A DNA stretch of 64,000 nt from Rotaria socialis (lineage: Eukaryota), in contig CAJNYD010000074.1 in assembly GCA_905331295.1 (NCBI GenBank), positions 186,001 to 250,000 on the forward strand, read 5' to 3'. Below, piece by piece: positions 26,449-49,137 of this stretch. Within the stretch, counting starts at the first letter, position 1. Every line of letters starts with the position of its first letter. The notes beneath the pieces were generated by a model that was not told where the DNA came from, made no database searches, and worked only from the letters and a program-made list of their open reading frames with translations. Position numbers and translations under genes: made by a program.

Positions 26449-27502
26449 CTCAGGTCGATCAAAACGGATATCGTTTACGGTCCGTTTCCTGAAAATAAAC
26501 GGTAAGAAAGCGACATCTTTATAGCAGTAAACTGTCCGTATTTTCCCGTAGCACTGGATGCAGTAATACGGCACTATAAACGATACCGTATTTTCGCCGT
26601 ATACGGTCGTATATACGCCGGATTCTCATTACGATACGGCCATATTCCTGCATCCAGTATCATGGCCGTATACGGTCCGTTTAGATCAGAGATGAACGGG
26701 GCAGCTAAAAAGTCGCCTCGCCACCGCAACGCCACCGTATATTTTTTAATACTGACCCCGCCACCGTCCCGTCTCGCCCCGCCCCGCTCGTAAAATACAT
26801 TTTAGGAAGCAAGTATTGATAGTCACCTTTCATAATTTTAATTTTATTGCATGCCATCAAAAGGCATAACCCAAATATACATAGTTTCACAATAGAAAAA
26901 TATAATAAAAATTGAAAGATACAATAATAATAATAAAAACAAAAACAAACGCTCAGTTTTTATTCACCGATCTCAAAAGCAAAGCGTTATTCACTTGTTC
27001 AGGATTCAGTCGAGTACGTCTTACGTTAATCATTAGACCACTGCCGCTAAATTGCCGCTCTACATTGGCTGTAGTTGCTGGAATAGAAAAATATCGAATG
27101 TGCGAGCTTTGATAAAGTAGGGTAAATAAGTCGATGCTCGTACCAAAACTTCAGAGGATTTTCATCAATAAGTTCAATTTCAATCCGCTGCTCCAAATAC
27201 TTGCTTAATTCATCATCAGTGTCATCTTCGAATTCGTCGCTAACGTTTCCAGTCTCAAAAAAAAAGGGCAAAAAACATTCATGAAAGATATTTAAAGATG
27301 TCTCTGTTGATTTGCATGTAATGTGACAAAAAACAGTAGTATTAGTAAGCGGGACGGGAAAACCGCGAAATAATACGGTGCATCGCCACCGCCCCGCCAC
27401 GGGGCAAGTCGCGGTGTCACACCGCGACTTGCCCATCCCTGGTTTAGATATCGTTTTTTTCACCGTAAATGGCCGTATACTGACAGTATTTTCTGACACG
27501 GG
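26449..27502. mobile_element. C(C/T)CAGGTCGA-family MITE (middle layer of nest)
   Basis: Starts CTCAGGTCGATCAAAA and ends TTTTCTGACACGGG, with GA on both sides. TACGG/CCGTA repeats continue on both sides of the inner hAT. Confidence 0.7.
26687..27441 (-). mobile_element. hAT deletion derivative carrying a transposase C-terminal dimerisation-domain remnant
   Basis: Perfect 8-bp TSD GTTTAGAT (26679-26686, 27442-27449); ends CAGAGATG / CATCCCTG. Minus-strand remnant DELSKYL...NPLKFW..H...YPTLSKLA, then after a frameshift SIPATTANVERQFS...RRTRLNPE. Confidence 0.92.
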
Positions 27503-27648
27503 GAGTTAGACATATTTTATTCTATCTTCAGTCTCTATTTATAACATTTGGTTTTGAAATTTAAACACCAAAATCAAAACGACCACTGTATATTTTTACA
27601 TGAAATTTCAATATTTGGAAGAAAAGTAATAGCTTAATAACGAATTGC

Positions 27649-27824
27649 CACTGGCGGATCTACCATTACAGCTAACCGGCGAGGGCCACACCCTTCATGA
27701 AATTTTTTCGCCTGTTTCCAGCAGAAATGAAACAGAAAAGAGCCGTATTGCCTCAAATAGGCTTCAAAAAACACTCTTTGGCCGGGAGTACCACCCCCTT
27801 ACTGATTTCCTGAATCCGACACTG
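27649..27824. mobile_element. Degenerate hAT-type MITE inside the outer element
   Basis: Ends CACTGGCGGATC / revcomp CAGTGTCGGATTC; TSD only 5/8 (cgaattgc / tgtattgg). Confidence 0.55.
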
Positions 27825-28638
27825 TGTATTGGGTCGTTTTTCGGTTGGCATGGTTTAGTATTAGTCTTTTAAAACAGAACAAAAGAGAACAACAAAATTA
27901 TAAGTGTAAGTGCACAATTTTATATAAGCATATTTGTTCTTTTTCTTTTTTCTTTAAACTTTTCTTATAATATAGTAGCGCGAAAGAAGAGACAAGACGG
28001 TAAACTGGACGAGATAGATTATAGTTCAATCGTTTTCTGTCATATCAGCATTTTGAGAAAAGATAAAAGAAAAGAAAAAGCATACATATAGATATGTATG
28101 TACAATTGTCCATTATTCATTTTCTTTGTTCTGTTTTCTTATATTAATTCTTCATAAGAACAAGTAAAGGGTCCATATGCGATTCAAACGAAAGAAAAAA
28201 AGACAGTAGCTAGTTTATTCAAAAGTAAAATTTGAATGGGCGATTGCCCATTTGCCTCCCACCCCCCTGGTTACGCCGCTGGACACTTCGCCACATGGGC
28301 AAAATGTCTAAACATTTTCTTGGGTTTAAAAAAGATACTAGTCAAGAGATCAATTTAATGCAAACACTCGTCTCTTCGAAAATATGATCTTCATCATATT
28401 ATTCCAATTTATAAGGGTAAATCGACGGATTTGAGTTGGAATTAGGAAGCTAATACGAATCTTGAGTATCACTTGTAATTTAAATGCCCATGTGGGCAAT
28501 CACACTCCGCATGTATCTAATAGAGATTTTGTTTATGGAAAATATTTTCCCATTATATCCTTTCGTAATAATAGTTAAAATCCCACGGAATTTTATTTCT
28601 TTTCTTAAATAGAATAAAAAAATAACGAAATGTAACAT

Positions 28639-31600
28639 TTATTTAAGTTTTCCAATCGCTAAATGATAGTAACGACCTTGTAAAGCAATTAATTCTTCAT
28701 GAGTTCCACTTTCAACTATGACTCCATTATGTAAAACACAAATTATATCTGCATTTTGAATTGTTGATAAACGATGTGCTATTGTAATTGAAGTTCGATT
28801 TTGTTGAGCAAGATCTAATGCTTCTTGAACTATCTTCTCATTTTCACTATCCAGTGCACTTGTTGCTAAATAATTATATTGATATATTTGATAAAACAAT
28901 TGTTTTCATCCGTTTCTTACCTTCATCAAATAACAATATTTTTGGATTTCGAACTAATGCTCTAGCAATAGCTAAATATAAACAATAGATGCTCGTCTTT
29001 TCAATATTTGATCTTACCAATTCTTTGTTTTTGTCCACCTGATAATTGAGCTCCTTTTGCACCACAATTAGTTTCATATCCATCTGGAAGTGTTTGAATA
29101 AAATCATGTATATTCGCATTTTGAGCTGCTGCAATGATTTCTTCCATTGGAATATCATCTCGACTATTATCGCCATAGGCAATATTTTCTTTTATTGACA
29201 TGTCAAATAAAACTGGTTCTTGTGAAACAATGCCAACTGAAGACGACATATCGATTTTCATATAAAAGAAAGATGAAGAATAAAGTGAATTACATACTTT
29301 GTGATCGATACCATTGAAGATTGAGACTTCGAATATCTTTGGAATCGATTAACTTTATTCAAAAACAAATCGAAGCATTCATATGAAATATGTGATGAAA
29401 GAAATGAACTAACCAATTGACCAATAGTTGGATCGTAGAAACGTTCGATCAGCTGAATAGTTGTTGACTTTCCACAGCCAGATGTACCTAAATATAAAAC
29501 AGGGCTATATTCGTATGGAAAACATTATACAAAAACGAAACAATTTAATTTTTACCGACGAGTGCAATGCGTTGTCCTATAACAAACAGAAAGCTAATAT
29601 TAAGAAATGAATAAATCGAAATATAAAATACCAGGTGAAATCTTGAGTTTGAAATTTTTCAGAACGATAGATTCAGGTCTATTTGGATAGATGAAATTGA
29701 CATTAACAAATTCTAATCCTCCACCAAAGTTAGACTAAAGAAAAGATAATAATAAAAAGAGATTGATATCATCAAAAATAATTCATATTGACTAACTATT
29801 TCATCACCATCACGTGAACTATTATCAATAGTTGGTTGTCGATTGAATAGTTCGACAATCTTCTCAGCCGAATCAACAGCTTTTCTATAATCTGGAGCAC
29901 TAATAAAGTAAATAAAAATCTATAGGATTTTCATTGAATAATATCGAATATTTACAGAGATGCTGTTTGTCCAACGCTTTGTGCACCAAATACAATACAA
30001 TTAAAACACCTGAAATACAATAAAATAATCATATTCGAAATATAATGATTCTTACAATAAAAGGTCTTGAAATGTGATTTGTTGTTGATTCACAAGATAA
30101 GCACCTAATCGAAATAGTGCCGCTAGGCTAAAGAACATGACTGAATTGGTTATTGAAAAGAATATACCAAAGAGATTTGCTCGTTTTATAGATGATCTAT
30201 AATACGAAATATTATAATAGATTTCAGATTAAATTCACAAAACAAAAACAATTATGATACCGATAAGGAACTTGAAGAAGTGAACAGTATTCTTCGTAAA
30301 AATAATCTTCTTTAGTTAATTGTACGACTGTTCGAATATTTTGTATAGATTCTACTGTTACCTAAAGAGCGGCTACCGTCAGACGAATAGGATTTTTCGT
30401 GAAAAAGAATAACGAACCTTTCCAGCATTTTCGAATGCTTTTTTATCTTTACTAGCAAATCCAGTCATCAAACGACTTTGTAAAAAACCTCCGATAACCA
30501 TCAATGGAACAAAGCCGAGTATAAGCAATGTCAATTGCCAAGAGAAAATAAAACTAATTATAATACCAGTACCAAGCGCAGCTAAATTTTGTATTGTTAA
30601 ACCAAGACGAACACCAGTCGCTCCTTGTACAGCAGATGCTTCAGTTGCTAAACGTGTACATAATGCTCCTGTATTGTTATTTGGATCATCAAAATAAGCG
30701 ATTTCTTGACGTAGAATACTATGAAATGTTTTAGATCGTAATCTTTTTGTTAGAGCTTCTCCTGAACAAGCAAATAAAAAGCCCTAAATCATCAAAGAAA
30801 TAAATACTTTTGGAATTATTAAAAAAAAGAAGGTACCTGAAGAAATAGCGTAGCTAACATAAGAAAACCAAAACCAATAAACAAAAGTACATAGAGCATA
30901 ACTCGATCTTCTTGAACTTTAGGATTACATTCTTGAAAGACCTATTCAATAGTAATAATAATAAACAACTTTAAATAAAATTTAGAATATTATGAATAAA
31001 AAATCTACCGCCGTGAGCTTGCTTAAAATAACACCAAATGCTGGTTGAATACCACCATTGCATAGACATGAGGCACAGCCAATCGCTATATATAACCATT
31101 CTGGTCTATTCATTAAGAACATTTGCAATGTAATACTAGGTTTCTTTTCCTAATAAATCATAGTGAATGAAATAGAAATTATTTTATTTTAATTTTTACC
31201 TTTTTCTTCTTCTCGTCAGTATTCTCTTCTCTTACTACATTGCCATCGGTTGTAGAAATTCGTGTTTTGTCAAACAATTCAGCCTTGGCTGATGGAGTCA
31301 TACTAATAATAGTTGCAGCACGTTTTCGTAAGAAATCTAATTGGTTTTCTTCAATTGGATCAACTGCCAAAGATTGTTTGCGTTCAAAAGATAACTTTTC
31401 TTCTTCTTCAATTTGACGTAAATGCTGTTGTTCAATAAGAGTATGATAAGTTCCACGCAACTCCATCAATGATTCATGATCACCTTCTTCAACAACTTCA
31501 CCCTTGTGCAAGACAACAATTTTATGAGCATTACGAATTGTCGATAGACGATGCGCAATCACTAATGTGGTACGACCTATAATGATAATGATTCGCAATG

Positions 31601-34267
31601 TTATAATAGACATAGGTCGATGAAACTTCTAGTAGCTCTACCTTGAGCAGCACGATCCAATGCTGCTTGAACTATTTTTTCACTTTCATTATCAAGTGCA
31701 CTCGTCGCTATTATATAGAAACACATAGAATTATGAAAAGACAAACAATTGAATATTTTAGTTTACCTTCATCTAGAAGTAAAATTTTTGGATCTCGAAT
31801 CAAGGCTCGAGCAATGGCTATAAAAACAATTATAAAATTACAATATGTACTCTTAATGTACACTTACCAATTCTTTGTTTTTGTCCACCGGAGAGTGTAG
31901 CTCCACGATCGCCGACTCGAGTTTCATATTTCTACAAAAGATGCATGTACACGCAAATAATCAAAACTATTAATATTTCTAATATTACTTACATCAGGTA
32001 GCTCCATAATGAAATTATGTGCATTCGCCATTTTTGCTGCTTCATGAATTTCTGCATCAGTTGCTGTATCTCTTCCAAATAGAATATTTTCTCGAATAGT
32101 TGCTTGAAATAAAATTGGTTCTTGACTAACAACACCAATATGTTCTCTTAACCATTTTAAATTATACTCATCGACTCGCTGATCATCAATAAAAACTGAG
32201 CCTGCGTCAGAATCATAGAATCGTTGCAATAATTGTACGCATGTTGATTTTCCTGAACCAGATGATCCAACAAGCGCAATTGTTTGACCACGTTTAATAT
32301 CAAATGAAATGCCATTTAGAATTTTAACTGTTGATCGTGATGGATAAGAAAAATGAACATCCGAAAAGCGAATATCACCAGCAAGATCATCTTTTGTCAC
32401 ACCTGTTTCTGAATCACTGATGATTTTGCATGGCTATAAAATAAATGAACACGAACTAAACTAATTAATCTGTATGAAACTTAGTTGTTTACATACTGCA
32501 TCAATAACCTCCCATACTAAGTAAGCAGCAGCTCGAGCTTGACCTAACGCTTGAATATGTGGACTAGCTTGGCCCAAATTGAAAACAGCAATGATAATTG
32601 AAAAAAATACCTGAAAATGATCATTATTGTTACTATCATTGTAAACTGAATTATAAATTCAGGCAAGTATTTTCAACTTACAATAAAAACATCACCAACA
32701 TTGTAGTTATCTTCTCGAATTAATTTGGCTCCATACCAAAATGCTATTTGTAAAATATATAATAAATGCATAAAAATTTCATCAACATAGTATATACTAA
32801 ATACCTAACGCATATGCACCATAGATCAAAAACCATACTGTACCGATCGTAATGCCATTGATGGCACCTTTCTTTATACCATTCTTTTTAGCGTCCTCGA
32901 GATGTTTTTCGTATCTATAAACAAAAGATAAATGGTATTACAGAAAACACTGAAAGATATTAGCATATTTATTATTGGATAAAAACCTTTTCTCTTCTCG
33001 TTCTTGTCCACCATACGATAGAACGGTTCGTATTGAACTAAATACTTCTTCGGCAATTGCTCCTGCTCTACCATAAGCTTTTAATTCCATTGCTGTCAAA
33101 CCGGAAGCAAGCTGTAGAAAGGTATTATAAAAAGTACCAATTTTAATTTGCTTTGATTTTCAATATAAAACAAAACAAAACAAAACATACTCTGGCAAAG
33201 AGAGCAGCTGAGATAAATAGTAGTGGCGCTATAGATAATATAACCAATGCTAATTTCCATCCATAAACAAAACCTATATAATAAATATATTACAAAATAT
33301 GTTTTGTATTTATGAATAAGTTTACCAAGAGTGAATCCAGTCAAAAATGAAGCTATAAATTGTGCCGTCGCACCAAGTTTATCACCGATTCCATCATGAA
33401 TTTTATCTACATCATCTGTTAATTTTGTATTCAGTTCACCAGTTTTATGAAAATCAAAATAAACGATTTCCTTTCGAAGAATTGATTGAAATAATTTTTG
33501 TCTTATTGCCCTTGTTTGTCGTTCTGCTGTAAAACTCCAACATACGACTTGAAAATAACTGAGCACAATACTAGCACAACCAATGCCGGCTAAATACAAT
33601 GTTTGCTTAGTTACTTGGCCTTGAAGATCGAATGAATCATTAAATTTGCAAATACTAAAAAGTCAATGATAAAAAAGTTTTTGAGCATTTTTCCTTCTTT
33701 TAAACATTTACTTACGCCATTGATGAGAAATAATTCGAAGCTGATAATGTATAATTTTCTGGGCAGCTTTGAATCGCAAGCGCCGTATAATTGAATGAAC
33801 ATGCGTCCGTCGCTCGTTTGGTAAATGTACTTAGAACACTTCCGAATACAATAATCATGATTGGTAAAATAACTCCATTGGCTAGACCTGATGCAGTACC
33901 AAAGAGCATTAAGATTAAATCGAGTTTTGTGGCATATCGAAACTAAACTGTATGTTGAAATTCTTACTCAAAATAAATCAAGAGTATCTTACCAAACTAA
34001 GTAAGCTTACAGATTCATTAGGTTTTGCTGCTGCTGCTGCTACTACTTCTTCTTCTTCTTCGGTATTACGAAACTTTTGAAAGAATCTAGATTTCTTGAG
34101 TTTTTGTGCATTATTCGAAGAAACATCACTATATAATAGAGAACGAGAAAAAATATTATAATCAAAATTATTCACAGATCATACTTCCTGTTGATAATTT
34201 CATGTGGATCTAAATCAGAAATATCTCCATTTTCGCTAGATACTTTTTCATTGTAATTATCAATCAT
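28639..34267 (-). CDS. ABCB1: Full-length ABCB1/P-glycoprotein multidrug transporter (TMD-NBD-TMD-NBD), many exons
   Basis: NBD1: [38 protein letters not shown]2: [31 protein letters not shown] motifs [10 protein letters not shown] and [14 protein letters not shown]. Probable ATG at 34267. Confidence 0.95.
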
Positions 34268-37200
34268 TATTCAACGTGCATTCGATGAAAGTACTGAATG
34301 AAAGAGGATGTGAATATTTTGCTGATGTATTATATTTTGTGTTTTTATCAACGTGTCAGCGTCACGCTTTTTCACACTTGAATAATCATGCAGTATAATT
34401 GCGACAGATATTATGATCACCTATCATCCTATTCAAATTCAATGTAGATATATATTGTTGCTGTACTATATGCTTTATCAATAAAGTTCACAAAAGTACG
34501 TACGTCAAGAACGAATAATAAGTTACCTATAGATTTAAAATAGAGATAGGTATACTGCGAATTGAGAAATCGCTTGATTGGCTATTATACAAAACAAAAA
34601 CTCAATACTGTGTAAGATTTTCTAAGCTTATACCCGATTGAGGTATAAACGAAAAAACAAATAAATGGCTGAAGTATTTTTTTTTCTGTCACATTTGCTT
34701 ATTTTGATACATATTCAAATGCATGTTTTTCAATGTCTATAGGGTCTGCTGAAGAATAGTTACGGTTGTGCAATAGTTTTGCACTATCAAAATACCGATA
34801 TACGTAAATGAATAGTTAATTAAAAATATCAAGCCTAGAAAAACGAGATTCGTACGATGACTGATATTTATATTTAAATCAAGATGAAATAAAAGCGAAA
34901 ACTGAAAAATGATTGGTTGAATACATGAGATTAAAAAAAACAATTTTATGATGCTAGCATTCGGAAGGAGAAAAATTAGCACTAAGTTGCTTTTAATCAA
35001 ACAAAAACAAATAATCAATCGAGTTCAAGAACATATCAATTTATAGTAGTGATGATTGACTTGATTTCCAGCTCATCAATAGTTGATACAAAAATACATC
35101 TATCTTGAATCTTTATGTGTGTTTTATTATTGGTTTATGCGTACTTAAAAAACACGTGAGAAATTTGATTGACATGATTATTTTGTAAATATTTTTTGTT
35201 CGAAAAATGAATATATTATATTTGATGTCGCATGTCCTATACAGGTATATTGTTCATCGTGTCAAAAACTAGAACTTGAAAGTTGCTGGGTAGATGAGAC
35301 ATGGCCAAGCGTCAAAGTGAAAGAAATGGACACTTGATGTTTTCTATACTAAGAATTTATCGACAAACGGTAGTGACGGAATTTGTATTTGATAAATAAG
35401 TTGTGCAGATACTAAACTAAACTAAACTAAAATGATATATTGGATAATTACATACAAGACAAAAGAACAAACAAATCAATCATTTTGTTTTCCGGCTCTC
35501 GTTATATCATTTTTTAATAATGAATGACACAAAAATAGATTCTGTTTGATAATATTTGTCGTTATCTCTACCGTTTTATTGGTAGTATTATTATGCAAAC
35601 GAGACTGGAAAACATAAAGATGTATCACAATTTAATACTTTCAAAAAATGTCTTGTCGGCTTGTACACTATAAATATTATAATAATACATCATCGGAGAA
35701 AATGTCTATCCATTGAAAAATAATTTCTAAATCAAAAGATTTATTCATCAGGTTGAAAGTATTTCAAGGCATAGATTTCAGCAATACAGAAATCCTAGTT
35801 ACACTAGAAACTAGTAATACTCTTCAATATTGGCCATTTTATTATCAATTTTGTTCAACATAAACAAACGTAAATCGTTCGTACTGTAGCTTCTAGAATA
35901 ATTTTGAGACTTGAACTTTTCATGCATGATATGTAATAGAAAAACAAGTCATGCATGTCTGGATCGTATCTAGGTTTTCGATAGTCAAATGCACCTACAG
36001 CAAAGGGAAAATCGAAAAAATCTTGAGAGATTCAAGTTAAATTCGACCTCTTAACTATCTATTTTTACAGTAAGAAGCAGAAGTATGCGTGTGCCTGTAC
36101 ACACCCTCAAATAAAACTGATTCTATTGGTTTGTCTTGTTATTCCATAGAATACCACCGGAAGAACTGTAGGACAGTCAGTCATCATTAGCTCTGTTTCT
36201 GTTTCCGCGTCAAATCTGTTCTAGTTTATTATCTTTATCTTTGTAAGAAGAAAAAGACTCGGAAACAGATTTTATGACATGAATACAATTCGAAAATTTG
36301 CCTAGCATACATATTTAAGATCCCGTTCGAGCATTTAGTCCAACGATATCAAGATCAACACTAAGGATGATCTATCTTTTTAACTATTCTCTGTAGCGTT
36401 CCTAGAACTTCCTATTGGTTATGAAGAAGAATAAACCTTTCATTCCTCTACCGAGCTAAATATTTATTTCTCATCTTTTCTGAAATTCCATAGTTTGTCG
36501 AAAAAACATTTTCGTTGATTTCTTTACAGAAGAAGAACTTGATTGTAAATTGTAGCTTTCTTGTTATTTCTATGTTTTACTTTCAATAATTTAAATAGCA
36601 AAAGCATGACATTTTGAATATTTACATCTTACTATGTTATGTGATGGATTCGTTAAAAATTGTTCGATGAATAAATAGTCTTCAATAGCCTATTACTTTT
36701 GAAAGCTTTTAATAATAACTACGGTAACCATCACCCCATCATGTTTTCTTTTGAGCAACTCAACATAGAAGTTAAGAGTTTAGATTGACGTCGCGTTTCA
36801 TGTTCGAGAAAATGATTCATCAGTTCTGTTTAACAGCAAGAATTATACAGTCAGCATAATCGATGACACATTTTTTCGAACAAGAAAAACCGCACCATTA
36901 TATGCCCATAATTTCTATTTTTAGCTCGTAAAAGAAAAAAAGTATGGTTACGGTAGCTAATAGTACTAGAAAACATTTTAAAAGTATTCACAGCTGACAA
37001 CGTCGTAACCACAGTTAAACATGTGGCATACAATAGTATACTTGTATGGAATCTGCATTTAAAATCTTGTCTTGATACATTCGATCAATTCCAAAAAACA
37101 AAAGGTAACAATAGTACATGTATCATTTTATGGAAATTTTAGAAAAATGTATTAATACTCTGGTACGTTCAGGAGACGATTGACACGAGGATTCTATTTA

Positions 37201-38854
37201 ATATAATGACACCTAATGAATGTAGTCGTAAGACTTTCCATCGAATAGAAGTTACATTTTTGTCACTAAGTAAATATACGTGACTGCACAAATATATATA
37301 TATATGAACAAATCCAAATGGCAAACAAAATGGGTCGATTTGAACAAATAATCGTTTGTTTATTATAGAAACATAGTTAGCCAATCGTCGATTAGATATC
37401 AAATGTTGTTTAAAAAGTGATGAACGAATATCAAAAGCACATTTTAAAGAAATCATTGTATTATGGTTAAACAGAACGAAGCGAGTATATTGTTTTTTTT
37501 TTTATTTAGATTTGATCATAATTTGCAGAATTCTGATAAATTACCTACGGGGAGATATTCGTCTTAAATTACAATTTTTGTGCAGTAAACAAGCCATGAA
37601 TTCACCTAATAGAGTTGCGTTCTTCGGAGAGAAAATATGAGAATCAATGCTCATATAAGTAGAAGAATACTTGATTCAGCAGTTTTAGACGCAATAGATT
37701 ACTTTGAGAACTAGTTCGGACGTATCAACGCTGATAGATCAAGGTGACACTCATAGAATTTATTCATTTTCTTTTCACTATTGTAAGTGTTATGTTTTGT
37801 ACATATTATATGATGTCAATGAGAACATTAGAAAAACATAATATAGCTGAATTAAATCTCTTTAAGTTTCCCATTCGAATGATGAAAGGAGAGAAATTTT
37901 CGAAAGTCATGCATTTAATGTAATATCTAAAATATATCAATATTGCCTAACTTAATACAGTAGTATCTATTCTGGCGAAAGGATGCCTTTAAAAACATTG
38001 TTTAAGCTAATTTTGTAATTCAACATCTTTTAAATCAATTAAATATCTGAATTAAAAAAAATGTTCTGTCTTTTAATTCAATATATTATCACTTTTAACA
38101 AATGACTATCAATGAATTTATCGAGTTGTCTAATTAATTGAAAGAGTATATATGAGCTGGAAATGACGATAAGTGATAAGAAAAAAATTAGTTTAAAAAA
38201 TATCTTGGGTGAGTGTGGGTGTAAAAAGAAATAAGAACACCCATAGCCACACCCACACCCTCGAGTTGACACATACAGCGGATGATTTGAAATTAGTTTG
38301 AAGATTTCGTTCTATATAAAAAGTGCATTTAGTTGTCCGATGACTCATAGTTAATCGGGTATGTGTAATCAGATAGGTCGTTGTCCAACAAATATCTCAT
38401 GTCTTTTATCTGTTTTTCTTGTGCACCGAAGAGTACATGCGGGCGAAGCGTGTTCATGACTCATGTTTCTATTCGATCATCGGTCGCCTGTGCACTTCAA
38501 TGCCCTGACAGGATGAAACGAAAAATGTTCGTTCGATTATATTCTCAACTGTAGTTCACGATGATAAAAAATATTATTGTTTACCTCAACAAAAGTCAAT
38601 GTAATATAGGCAGAGTCATGAATTTCTCTGCCTCCTTCCTTCTCTCTCTCTCTCTCTCTCTCTTCTCTACAATATGCACTGAAAAACAGGTTCATCCTTT
38701 TTCATTTTTCGTTTATTTATTGGTCTCCAAGACAGTCAAGGACACTCTTAAAAAGTAGAATGCAAAAGACAACAAATTAAGTAGTATATATTTAAATATA
38801 CATTTTCTATCTATTCTATTACGCACTGTTTTTTTTCAGATAAAAACTAAAAAC

Positions 38855-47528
<8,674 letters not shown>

Positions 47529-49137
47529 AAAATGTGCAATGATTTGTTTCAAATAATTTACAATGGAAAAAAATCGATGACATGTTTTCAAATCGTTCTA
47601 TTTTGATTTTTGAACTTTTCTCATTGTGATATATAATCTCTGATTGTATTGTAAACGTCTTATAAAATGTTTTAAAGCGTAAAAATATATATGCAAAAAC
47701 AAATCAAACGTCTTCATCTATGCACAAGTGCCTCGAATAGATAGAAAATAGCTATCTGTCGTTTTCGAGTGAAAACATTTCATTATAGAACTAACGTTCG
47801 ATTTACAAAAGATGTCTGTTCCTTGCAATCATCTAAGTATTCTTTCTTTTTGTTGTTATAGAATTCTTCAACAAGTCTTTCTATCTTTGATCTTCAAACT
47901 TTAGGAAAAACAATTACCAAATAGAAACGCAAGGGCTTTCTTCAGCACATAATTATTATGGCTGGCTTGCAATAAAAAAAACAGTAAGACATCACAGCTT
48001 CCGTTTGAAATTGGGTGTGGGTGTGGGGTACAGTGTTTCCAATAGTAAGTGTGCACAGCAGAAGCAAAATGTACAGAACATTTGCTACTTTTGGTTTACA
48101 CTCTGTTGTACACTTGCTCAAAAAAAAACAAAGTGTACAATGCACACTTTGCTAAAACATTTAAAACTTTGATTTCTCAATCGTAAAAGCTGCAAGTAGT
48201 ATTAAATTACGGATTATGTTTAAATGATGGTAAAGTGTGATTTCCTAGGTTCAATTCTATGACAAACTGAATAGAGAAAAAAAAACTAACAATTTATTTA
48301 GCTTTTTAGATTGTGCAAATTGTTTTTTCGCGCACTTTGATACACTTTGCTGGCGAGAGCAAAGTCTACATACACACTCTGCTCATAATAATACAGAGTG
48401 TATAGTACATTTTTCTTCAGACTTTGTGGTTTTAATTTTCTAAAATGTTGCATTGTCCAAGAAGTTTATGAAGTGCATTTTAATCGATAGTCGTAAGCGG
48501 AGGAGATTGAGAATTTTCATCTTCACAATTATCAGCTTCTGCATCGACATCAGAATAAGATATAGCACCTATAAGACATAAGAAAAAAACATGGTATGCG
48601 AAGAAATAAAAATGTAAACAATCAAAAGCTTCAGAATGCATAGATAAAATATACATAGCAGAAGCAAAAGTAAAATGCAGAATTTGCACACAATTGCGTT
48701 TTTTTGTAGAGAACAAATAGATTTAAAACAAATTCTAAATGAATTTAATAAAAGAAAGGAAGAATTACCAACAATAACTTGACTGATACAGCTGCATGTA
48801 TTAAAATATAGTGTACACCATCTAAAACATAAAAACTCATAAAAATTTAAACAAATTGACTAGTTTTAAGCCTTAAAGGAAATTTTTAAATTTTCGATTG
48901 ACGAAATTATAACCGTTTTCTCTCTTTCTTCCATATTCTACCGGTATCTATCGTCCATAGAAAAACAACACGCTCACGGCACATGTGGCGCTAGCGTGTC
49001 AAATCAACATGGGTATACCCATATATAAGTGAATAAATATCCAATCAGAGTGTCTGACTCAACGTCAAAAAACATGGCTATAGTTAGTTAGAGCATAGAA
49101 TATTTTACTAAAAGTTGCTTTTGTTTTTCGTTTCAAA

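Larger units (their letters stand above)
26227..28281. mobile_element. hAT-type non-autonomous element (outer layer of nest)
   Basis: Perfect 15-bp TIR CAGCGGCGTAACCAG / CTGGTTACGCCGCTG; 8-bp TSD GACACTTT / GACACTTC. Confidence 0.9.

Noticed and set aside
38205..38262. GGGTGT/ACACCC inverted motif upstream of FASN
   Set aside because: Too short to tell a transposon subterminal fragment from a regulatory site.
47941..48420. Possible transposon remnant with CACTTTGCT-like repeats and hairpin TACACTCTG...CAGAGTGTA
   Set aside because: No convincing paired termini or TSD could be defined.
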